DNA of 64,000 nt from the human T2T-CHM13v2.0 reference genome, Homo sapiens: NCBI RefSeq assembly GCF_009914755.1, contig NC_060928.1; one strand, written 5' to 3'. Positions 53,270-64,000 of this stretch are shown here, piece by piece; the first letter of the stretch is position 1; the number at the start of each line of letters is the position of its first letter. The translations under genes and the position numbers were made by a program. The notes beneath the pieces were generated by a model. It was given only the letters and a program-made list of their open reading frames with translations, did no database searches and was not told where the DNA came from.

Positions 53270-53410
53270 TTCCCTTGCTTTTCTTTCTCTCTGTCTCTCT
53301 CTCTTCCTCTCTCTCTCTCTCCCTCCCTATTTTTCTCTTTTTCTCCTTCTCTCTCTCTGTACGTTTCCTTCCTACACACCACAGACACACACACATACTA
53401 CACACACATT
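53270..53410. repeat. CT-rich polypyrimidine tract followed by CA repeats
   Basis: ttctttctctctgtctctctctcttcctctctctc...acacacacacat. Confidence 0.85.
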
Positions 53411-55142
53411 TTCACCATTCATGGACACTGTCATTACTATGTATGGGAGAAATTCAATAATGCAAAGTAAAACTATTAGCTCCAAACTCTCCTACTTCAA
53501 ATTACTTTCCAATGTCTGCTTGCGCTATTTCCATTTGTTTTCTTTTTCCCCCCTCTCATTATCCTTATGAATTCCTCTGCATTGCTATAATCTTTAGCTT
53601 GCTTAGGAATTTGACTGAAGAAAATCATAGCAGAAGCTTTGGGCCTCTCCTACATTCATGAATCCACAGAAAGTGTTAGGGAGGATTAAATGGCCCTGTC
53701 GTTGCCCCTGTTCCCATGATCTTTGATATAAATTTTCCAAGTAAGAAATTCAGACTTATTTCTCTAACCACAGACTTCCATCTTGTATATACTTCAAGAA
53801 TCAATTTTAGCTACTAGGGTTATTTGATTTCACCTTCCCAAAACTTTCATTTAATATACTCTCCTTATAAACCTTACATATATTCAAAAGTTCACAGGCA
53901 GTGAATCTGTAGAACATATGAATATACAGTATTTCCATGTAGCTTCCACCATATTCCTTATAAGTGGGTCTCAGAATTCTATTTCAGAATAAGGACCAAA
54001 GGGGCTTTTAGGAGAATAGTATGTCATTAACTCACCTTCTGGCATTTTAACTGTTATCAGCTGTACAGTTTAGTTTTATTACAACAGACATTATTGTGAT
54101 AACTTTTCCTACTTTATCGTTGCAATTTATTGAAGCAGTTAATTTCTCAAAAAGTAAGAACATTTTTTCTCATTAGAAATTCCTTCATGGCCTCTTTAAT
54201 ACATGTTCCTGGCTCTTTGGAAGAACTGCTGATAAGTGATTTTGACTTGTATCCTCAATAATGTGAGGTGTTTAAGGGAAACTTGGCAAACCACTTAGGG
54301 TCTGAAGCCATTTCTTAAAACCAGCCCCAACTGATTAATTTCTGTCTCATTACTACCCTCAACATTCAAAAAGTTCCCAAATAGCAATGGTCAGCCAAAT
54401 CTACTTATAAACTTCCTAAAGACAAAGTTTTTACTTTGTTTAATAAATTATTTTTTCTCAGATTATTGTTTTTTTCCTTTGATTACTTAATTCCAGTATT
54501 TGACAGCATTGAGTTTGAAGGGCTGGATTTATTAGCTCAAAATAAGTGGGAGAGATTTTAATTATCCAATAAATATATACTCTTTATAACTCCAAACCAT
54601 GTAAATCATCATCTTTGATCTAATCAACCAACAAAAGTCAGACTCTCTCTCTTTTTTTTCTTTTGGACTTTGATTTCTCTGTGTGTATTTGTCTAGTTGT
54701 TGTCTCCTGACAGAACTCTAGCAAGATAAATGAGGAGAATTTACATCTGAGAACATGACCCAAATGTAACAGCCTTCAGAAAGTCTAGTAAATCATAATA
54801 AGAGGAAATAGGACAGATAAGAATTCAGCAATATGAGTAGAACAGGTATTAAAGAAAAATTAAAGAAAGAAAAGATTGATACTGACTGTGATGAGGAGTT
54901 GAGGGACAAGTTTAACCAGCCTAACATGGAAAGTATCAATGTTACTCCTCAGATTTTGGTTATTTTTCTCTTTCCATGGACATTGGTTCCTTTATAAGTC
55001 CACATAATGGTCCACATTTAGAGCCCAGAGATTCTATTCTCTAGCTCCTAGGTTTATAGCCTACCATTCGGACTGGTGAATTTTTCTAAGCACAGTAGGG
55101 TAAGTCAATGTTAATTAATGACAAAGTCTTAACAACAACCCC

Positions 55143-55380
55143 AACATTAATGAATGTCTACCATATGCCAACAGAGCTAAAGATATTTTACACACATGAT
55201 GTTATTTATTTCCTTCTATAATTCTTTATGGTAATTATTGTTGTTATTATTATTTTCTAAAATTATTATTTTCTTATAGTTGAGAAAACTAAGCCTTAGA
55301 GAGATGAAGTGCCTCCTTCCAGGTCCCACAGGCAGTGAGTCACCAACAGGTCTTTGGATTTAGGTCTCATCCACTGTGCT
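55143..55380 (-). mobile_element. MIR SINE
   Basis: aacattaatgaatgtctaccatatgcca...gagaaaactaagccttagagagatgaagtg...aggtcccacag. Confidence 0.75.
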
Positions 55381-56549
55381 CTATTTAAATGCTTGAAGAC
55401 AGCTGTTCTGCCACATCTACCCTCTGACCCATTTGTCCACCACATTCGCACTCAATGCTTTCCAATTTGAACAAAAAATATAGTAAAGTTTAAGTGTACC
55501 ACTAATTTTAAATTCCAATATATCTTAATTTCATTGGAAAGCCCACTTTCAGCTGTCACCATATTTATAATACAACACACATTTATTAGTAACAGTATAC
55601 ATTTTTTCTAAGTATCCCTAAAGGTTTGGAAAGTGGGTAATTTTTACATCTATCACAATGCTATGCTTAAGGCACTGTGTGATAATAAGGCCCACAGAGT
55701 CCTGCTTCAGCTAGCTTACATCAAGAATCCAAATGCAGGGCAACAAGAGTCTTAAGTAAGTCATCATCAGCTGAGCAGTGGTGAGTTTCATGGGCTTTTC
55801 CTGAAAGAGGTGATCTTCAAACATGCTTATTGAATATTAAGTAGAAAACCAGCTCTGGCCTTTGCAGAGGCATAAAACACCCAAACGGAGTTTGCATGAC
55901 ACAGAAAAAATTTCAGAGACGCTATGGAAAGAAAATCAGAAAGGCTGAAAAAGAGGAAATTGAGAAATCACCCAATTTATGCAAGGTAATGCAAAGGGGG
56001 TACTAGAGGTTTAGGAATGATAAATGACTGATTGCCAGAATGGAAGACAAAAGCAACCTTGATAACATTATTCTGAATTGCTGATGAAAAAGCTATTTAC
56101 AGTCAGTGACATCCACTACCAGAGCATTCTTAAATGACTTCCTGTACTGATGTTGCCTGAGTATTAGGAAGAAGACTAATGCATGATTCAGCCTCTAATT
56201 CCACACCTCAAACCACAGGGCACTTGGGCATATCTTTGTGCCTTTCTGAAGATCAGAGCTGGGAGACTGTAAGTCTTTGCCAAGTCCATCTCCATCATTT
56301 AGCAGATAAGGAAACCAAGTTTTATGAGATGAAATCACTTGGCTTAAATCACAATGGGCATGAGTTGTAAAACTGAGCACTTCACTGCTCTTCAGGATGC
56401 TGGGGAAGCTACTGCAGCAAAGGATTCCTAAAACTAACTGACTTAATTAACACCTTAGGGCAGGGAGGTCACAATGCCACCCAGAGACTCCGCTACCCTC
56501 ATCACATGGTTTCCGAAGACATGGTTTCTCATTTTCAGCATGTCTAGCC

Positions 56550-57168
56550 AGAGAGAAGTGACAATATTGACCCTTTCCTGGACCCTGTGATTCTGGAAAA
56601 CAGTGAAGATTAAGAAATCCCCTCATCCTTTTGTGTCCTGGGACACAAACAATGACTCTTTTTCATATATGTTAGATAACATGCATGAATTACCCCTTGT
56701 TTACCTAGGAAAAGGTTAGACCCAAACTCGAAATTCCAATTCTATGACTCATAAAGAATTATCTTAACTGCTTATACCTGTGATTATTTGGAACCAAATG
56801 TTTGCTAATCAAACTCTGGTGAATTTTCTCTTCTCCTCCCAGGTCCTGAATTTTTAGCAAACCTTAGCCTGAGCTGTTATAAACCCCTGCTTAAAAGCCT
56901 TTCCTGAGAAGAGGCTGGCCTCAGAGTAAAAATGTCCTGTGGTCTACTATGGGACTGCACAACCCTTACATTTCACATCAGCTCTTTGTAGCCTCTTTCC
57001 CTCCCCTTAATAAAGGAGGAACTCCTGTTTTCCTAACCTCTGAGACATTGCTGATCTTATGGTCAGAGCATGATTCTCACTGCAATAGTCCATTTTCTCT
57101 TCCACTTCTTCCCTTTTCAAATAAAGCCTCTCCTTACTAAATCCAGATTTTTTTTTTCTTAATTTGGC
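56550..57168 (+). mobile_element. ERV1-class solo LTR (MER34/MER89-group-like)
   Basis: cctgagaagaggctggcctcag, gatcttatggtcagagc, ctgcaatagtcc, poly(A) signal aataaagcctctcctt, terminal ...ttggca; 5' limit uncertain. Confidence 0.65.
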
Positions 57169-57244
57169 AGGAAAAAAAATCAAAAACAACAACAACAAAA
57201 AAATACCTAGAAGTTTCAACATTGTCTTTGAACCACACCCCATC

Positions 57245-57610
57245 AACCTGTGGGCTCAAATACTGGTCTTCTCTGTATTCATTCTAGGATCAGTGCCAAA
57301 TTATATGTTTTACCTTTCTTGTGTGTTAGTCTCCTCATTTAAAATAATGATAAAAACAGAATCTGCCTCATAGTTTGGGGGAAATAGCAAATGAGGAAAT
57401 GCAGGTAGAGTGCTTAGTACATCATCTCCACACAGTAATCAACAAATAAATGACAGCCTATCACATATGAGAATAATGCCTGGCATTTTTAACACCTATT
57501 ATCTTTTAAAATTCTCATATAACATTATAACAATATTTAAAAGTTGTACTATTGTTACCGTTTTACAGAAGAGGAATTGGAAACCCACTAAGATTAAGAA
57601 AATCGTTTTT
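57245..57610. mobile_element. Two MIR fragments, tail to tail (+ then -)
   Basis: ctcctcatttaaaataatgata...gtgcttagtaca, then tactattgttaccgttttacagaagaggaa. Confidence 0.6.
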
Positions 57611-58444
57611 CTGACTATAATTCCTATCTCTTTCATCTCCATGTTAAATCATGCATTTCCTTAACTTCTAGAGTATGTTAAATGATTACAATCCCCTGAG
57701 TTTAACAGAAAAACTACCTTTTGTATTACTGAATCACTTTGCTCCAATGAAATGCAAAGATATGCATCTCCAATGTATACAAAAGAAAGAAAAGTCTCAC
57801 TTATTTTTCTCAAAATAAGTCATGGAGAAACAAGAGTCCATGTAGACAATGCCGTTGAAAATTTGAAATCTCTTTCATCTGGTTGGCCAGATCAAAGGTC
57901 ATGGCATGCAACAGTCAATAAAGATGTGCTGAACTACTGAATGGAAAGAAGAAAACATGGTAACACTCCTGGGGAAATGTCAATCAAATGAGACTACTGA
58001 ATAGAAACGTAGGAAATGATGTCAATCCCATTACATGTAAAGGCAAAGACATACTTCTGTTTTGTTGTTGGATTAATGATGACTGCAGACATTCTCTAGA
58101 ATGCCTATTCTGTTCTTATCTACTTCCATTGCATCTCACCAGAAGTAAAATAACAACATATTAAAATGGTTAAATGAGGTATTCGGGGCTGCTTTTATTT
58201 TGAGTTTAAAGATAAAGCTCAGTAATTAGTATTTTCAGAAATTTAAAAGTCAAACTTCAGCTATTATAAAAAATTTTCCTATTTCAAACTCTCAATACAT
58301 TCTGAGGCTCCTTCATGATATCTTTAGGATCATGATAAGATTGTGGCTCTAGAACATTAAACATAAACTGAAAAGAGAGAACATGATGGTTTTAATAGTG
58401 GAAAATATTTCTCATTAACTGCATGCTTGTCCTTGATCTGCATT

Positions 58445-58700
58445 ATTAGACTATAAGATTCTGAGGACAGAAACAAATTCTTATTCATGTCTGTCTCCAT
58501 CTGTCCATCCATCTGTTCATCCATCCATCCATCCATCCATCCACCCACCATTTATAGAACCTCTATTGTATTCTTGACATTGCTTGAATGGAACACAAGA
58601 TGAGAACACATTTTTTTTCAAATGCCACAATCTACTTGAGGACACAGTTATATACAACTTACAGTGATAGACCCAAATTATGAAAAGTGTTCTAGGAAAA
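58445..58700. mobile_element. Two L2 3' fragments, tail to tail, around (TCCA)n
   Basis: tagactataagattctgaggacag (+), then ccatccatcc...catttatagaacctctattgt (-). Confidence 0.55.
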
Positions 58701-59229
58701 ATGAGGTAAATGTTTAGATAAAATAATGATTAATTATGACTAAAAGATTAGATAAGGCAAGTACCTAGTATAGTGGGTTATATGGTGCTGACAAACAACA
58801 AATACTGAATAAGTGAGTGAATAAATTGGACAATAAAAGCCACACTTGATCACGGTGTTTATTTCAGGCTTGACTGAATTATTCATATTTGGCATTGAAA
58901 AGGAATCTTAAACCAGATGATTTCTAGATCTATGAAGAAAGCCAATTCAATTCAACAGAATTTGCTTTCATAAGGTCCTTGTGCATAATACTTACTTGGT
59001 TCTCCTGGCAGCTGACAGATGGTGAATCCTGCCTGTCCAGTCCAAGATGAAATGACCAGGAACCCTGTGCACATACCTGAGGTTGTTAAGGATCTATGTG
59101 GTTGGAAAGCAAATAACTCTGCATCAAGTTCCTGAAGCACACTTTCCCCTCTGAGCCTTTTCATAGATTGACCCTCTTATTCAATAAGCCTACACCTGTG
59201 TATATATGTACATGCCGTACACAGAACTT

Positions 59230-59990
59230 GAAATCAATTTCTACAGGAAGTTTCTTTGATTATCCCAATACTAGAGAAGGCACTTCTACATGCTACCCTG
59301 TACTTTCTCTATTATGATGTTGATGACAGTGTTCTATTTTATGTTTAATTTTCTTGATTGTAATTTCCATGCAAGCAGAGAGTGAGTCATATTCACCATT
59401 ATATCCCCATTGCCTAGCATAAGTCCTGCCGTACAGTCACAGGACAATAATTATTCAGTAAAAAATTAGAGAAATGAGTTTAATGCATTACTAGAATAAT
59501 ATTCTCAAAGTACAGCTCTGATCATATTATACTTCCAGTCCAAAACTTGCCCCTGAATGCCAAATGAAGTTTAAACTGCTTAGAGTAGTAGTGTAGGTCT
59601 TCTACAATCTAGTCCTTACCCATATTATGCTCAATCATATGTCAAAAATTTCAGCAACATTGACATTCTGAATATACCCTAGATTCAAAGGCATTGCACA
59701 TCAAAAATTTCCCTGAGCCTCATAACACTGTCTGTTTCAACTCTGCCCATCTTTAGAACCCAGCTGAACTCCTCTAAGGAGATGTCCCTAATCCTTTCCT
59801 CCTCCAACTCTACCCTAGCTCTGAGAATTATTTTCTTTCTTCTGCCTACCCATAGCTTTAAATATACCTGTATTACAGAGTTTACCACAAACTACCATGA
59901 ATTATATTTGGCTTTTTAATACATGCTTCATCTCCCTTTTCAGACTGTGAGTTCCTGGAGGGCGGGAGCTATATCTTATTCATCCTTATC
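59230..59990 (+). mobile_element. L2 fragments
   Basis: ttcaccattatatccccattgcctagcata and cagactgtgagttcctggagggcgggagctatatcttattcatc. Confidence 0.65.
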
Positions 59991-61106
59991 ATTATCAGAG
60001 TGAAAAATGAATACAATTTTATCACTATGCAAAGGGAGAAAGAACTTTCCAAGTAGATAGAATTTATAATATCTTTTGATTGATTGTTGAAATGGCCATA
60101 CATTAGTGTATAATAAAATATTTTAACCCATCTTAAATTTATTGAATGTCTCCACACGTAGTTGTTCCTTCTTCAGACCTACTCCAGAAATGTAGGTAAT
60201 AATACCAAGTTACAGGATTCTTAAGAGAATCAAATGAGATGATGCATATCATGTATTTAGTGTCTGGTCCATAGTAGACAGTAAGTATTGTTTCTACTTA
60301 TTACTACTCTCATTCCTATTCCTATCACACCATTTTCATTATTTATAATTTTATGTATCAGGTTGGCATTTCAAAGAGAACTAGAGCACATTCACACTCA
60401 ATTTTCAATTCTTTATTTTACATGATTTTTCCCAAAGACTCCTGTGTTGCACTGTTGCACGAAGTTATTATCACCAAAGCCAGGGCCCCATGTCTTACTA
60501 GCAGAACTGTATGATTCTTGACTCCATAATACTTGGAAGATGCATGCTTCACTGAAGTACCATTGATTTTCAACTAGAAGTGAAATGCTTTTATTTAATG
60601 CTTTCTTAAGAGAATTACCACGAAAGTTGAAGAGGGTTTGGCTTTAGAGAAATCCATTATTGGGATTTATATATTGAAATTTAAATATAGGGGTCCCTTA
60701 CATCTGCTCAATCAAAATGTTGTTCTAAAGCTATTTGTCTTTTCTATGAAATGGAAAGCCTGTTTTGTCCTAGACTTCTAAATCCCTTGTTTTGCTCAAA
60801 CAAGTCTTAGTATTTGCTCTCAGGGAGTACTACCTCTTTGTTCAGCATAATGGGTGTAGCCTCAAATTTCACATCTCTGTACTGCTTTTTTTTTTTTTTT
60901 TCCTGAAGAATCTTAAAGAGATTTGGTCATCTTAAAATACCTTGACCTCTTGACCTCTCTCCATGGTAAAAAATAAATAAATAAATAAATAAACCTTAGG
61001 CTATGCCAGACATACAAATACATTCACACTCCACTCTGAGTGGTGCTGTTAATTCACTTTGTCTTAAATGATGCTAACTTTAACTTTGATGGCTTTCACT
61101 GCTCAC

Positions 61107-61174
61107 CTTGGAGGCTTCTAAAATGAATTGGTATATCCTCAGTGTTCTGAAGAGGCTTCAGTCCAATGCAACAC
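61107..61174 (-). other. Candidate 68-nt internal exon
   Basis: Minus strand tcttcttttttctaag|GTGT ... CCAAG|gtgagc. Confidence 0.3.
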
Positions 61175-62237
61175 CTTAGAAAAAAGAAGACATGACTTTA
61201 AGAGCATCCTTTTTCCTACCACTTAAACCTTCATAACTCTGAAGAAAAATTTAACCTTCATCCCATTCAGTGGCTCCTGTAAAGTCGTAAAGCTTTATTT
61301 TCCATTGATACACCCTTTCTAAGCAATAGAAGTATAAATAAAAAACAATTTCAGTAGAATGTGATATATTTTGTCCACGTTTGCATAACTTAAAGGCAGA
61401 ATGAATTCAGTTTGGAGTACTCTCTCCATTCCCACAAAAATTTTTTCCTTGGGCTAAATCAAACATAGGAAATTTTTGCCTAAACACATTTCTTAAAGGA
61501 AAAGTCATAATCAATTGAAAAAAATAGCAACTGATAATGAAAATGGTTTTTTCAAGCATAGTGATAACGTTTGCTGCTGTGCATTCTATAAAAAGCTATT
61601 AGATTCCTATAACAGGACTGTGATATTGCTTTGCTTCCTGCTGCTGATTATAATTTTAAAGATGGAAAATCGAGATGCTTCTATTTTGCCCTATGAAACA
61701 AACCCTGACTTCTTGGTCATCCTGGTTTCGTATTTCTCTAGCTGAGACCAAAAATTTTCCTAGGCAGCAAAAAGAGAATTTACATTTTTAAAAATTTCTT
61801 CAAATAGAAGTACGCACTTTCTATTCTTGCTTCTGGGGTACAGTAACTTAAAAATTCTTGCTAGTTGAAAGTTGGATCTGTAAAAAAAATGGTTAACATA
61901 CCATGTGATTGGAATTATAATTAATATTATACACAGGCTGTGGGGATGTAATGAAAAAAGATCCATGTCCATCTTAAAAAGAAATGTCAATCTTGTAGAA
62001 CCTTCAAAAAGAGAGAACTCTTGGCTGTGGATAGTCATTGCCTTCCTACCTGGAATGCGGGATGATTAGACTTAATGACGCTTTTGGGGGCCAAAAAGAA
62101 GAGTTGTCTAAGAGTCATTAGGCTGCTTGCTCTGTGTGCCTTGATGAATCTGTATCTGAAGGCAATTTTAAATGAAAGCTCCAAAATGTTTTGCATCAAA
62201 TTGGCATCACTGAACATTAGGCTCTTAAAATTAAAAG

Positions 62238-62492
62238 TACAGTAGCACAGTGTAGAGATTAAAAGCATGTTTTTGGAATCAGACATTCTTTTTTCAATCC
62301 TATCCAGCCCAAGCTAGCAGTTATTTAGGCCAGTTACTCAACCTCGATATAAGACTCAGTTTCCTCACCTATAAAATAGAGATAATATTACCTCCCTTCA
62401 ATAGTTGTGAAGATTGTACAAGATAATATAAGTGAAGACTTACATAGTATCTGGTACAAAGTAAATACTTAATATATGGTAGTTAATATCAT
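62238..62492 (+). mobile_element. MIR SINE, nearly full length
   Basis: acagtagcacagtgtagagattaaaagcatg...tggaatcagac...ctcagtttcctcacctataaaatagagataat. Confidence 0.85.
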
Positions 62493-62499
62493 TATGACA

Positions 62500-62730
62500 T
62501 CAGTATATATTTATGATACTTCATAGTTTACAAAGTACATTCAAATACTTATGTTGATTTAAGTTTCACCACAACCTATTTGTTCAGGTTTTATTATTCT
62601 CACATTATAGGAGAAGAAACTGAGGTTCAAGGACTAGTAACCAGCAGCAGATCACACAGCTGGAAGACAACTAAGAGCAAAAAAACGTTAGTCTTTTGAT
62701 GGCTATATCAGGCCATGTTCTTCCCAGTAC
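62500..62730 (-). mobile_element. MIR SINE, inverted relative to its neighbour
   Basis: tttcaccacaacctat...ggagaagaaactgaggttcaagg...agatcacacagctgg. Confidence 0.75.
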
Positions 62731-64000
62731 AGCAAACCTGAACCTCTGTGGATGATGATTAAAAAGAGAAATACAGTCTCATCTTAGAGATTATCCTTGT
62801 CTTTCCTAGACATTATTATTTTCACTTAAAAAAGTTGAAGCCTTACTTACATCAAAAGGTAAGGATGGGCCTCTTTAAGGTAAGGCATAAGTATTAATGC
62901 AACAGCTTTTAGTAAATTACTGTTATTTAAAATTCTTTCTGTGCTCCTCCAGCATGTGTAATAGCTTGCCTCATTTATGTTTTTTCTTATTCATTCATTC
63001 TCAATGGGCAAAATTTCTAATTCATTCAGTCTCTCCTGACACATTGTACTTGGCAGGTAATTCGTAATAAGCTTTAATTTTGAAAATGAACATTTGTCAT
63101 TTGGGACCGTAACTTAGATAGTTTAAAAACACCAAACCCGCTGTGCAAACATCTGGAAAAGTTGATGATAGGGGACGGTTTGCTGCAGTCAACGTGTCTA
63201 CCAAGCAAATGACAGAATCGGACTTAGAAAGGTCTGTTGTCAGAGCTCGCCAGTAATGATGATTTGTCTAGTAAGAGATATTAGAGGAAGAAGAGATGAA
63301 AAAAAAAGCATTTTCCATCCATTTGGCAAATGCATTTGCCATTATATGCGAGTTGCTAATTGATGCTTTAAATCTGTGATCATATGTGCTATTAAATATG
63401 AAACCTGTACACACAGACATACAGACTCATATTGATATGAGGATAGATGTCTGAGGTAAATTTAGAGATGAGAAAATTAATGCAAGATGCTTTACTTTGG
63501 AAGTAATTCCTTTGGGAATTGTCAGATGCCAGTCAGGTGCTTGTGTAAGTCACCTTTTTTTGTGAGGGCTGAAAGACCAGGAACAAGGTTCTAAGAATTT
63601 AGACCACTGGTTCTCTAGTAATGTATGCAGATAATCAAAGAAGTAACATGAAGAAAAATGATGATTTTAGTTTTAAAATATGATAATCTATTCTTCTTTA
63701 AAAATAATTAATATCACAAGACCTAAAGCCTTCTTGTTCACTCTCTTCTCCGGTAAGCTTCATTTTGAAAAAGGCTAAAAACTTTTAGGGAGATTCTCTA
63801 GGGAGTTCTGGACTTGACATGCGAAAGTGTCAGAGTCTAGCTTTCATAGTAATAGAGAGGTCAAGAATGCTGCTGAAAAGCATTCTGGGGCTTACCTTGA
63901 AATGGGATATTAAGTGGACTCCAGAATTTTAAAGGAGCCAGTCTAATACAGCTCCTTAAGATAAACTAGATGTACCTAAAATGTGACTGCTTTTAAGTAG

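Overview
This window is AT-rich primate (human-like) nuclear DNA: intronic or intergenic, with no CpG island and no credible protein-coding gene. It is not prokaryotic, and I found no operon, CRISPR array, tRNA or rRNA. Repeat families below were assigned by eye from remembered consensus sequences, so boundaries of old elements are approximate. The window holds ten Alu copies, a young 5'-truncated L1PA2-type insertion, older L1PA/PB/MA 3' ends, long decayed L1ME tracts, L2 and MIR fossils, MaLR and ERV solo LTRs, and a MER104-like MITE. It also holds two near-full-length Tigger DNA transposons (Tigger1 and Tigger2) plus a Tigger2a MITE. The ORF track entries are Alu read-through, microsatellite translations, dead transposase fragments or chance ORFs. 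The best leads are: (1) minus-strand splice and poly(A) signals that could outline a non-coding transcript; (2) a closely spaced inverted Alu pair in which one copy has lost the part facing its partner; (3) three-level L1-in-L1-in-Tigger1 nesting; (4) a long L2 split by an L1ME; (5) an overlapping double hairpin; and (6) a few repeat-free candidate regulatory islands. I do not see convincing evidence of a novel biological system, and I cannot name the locus.
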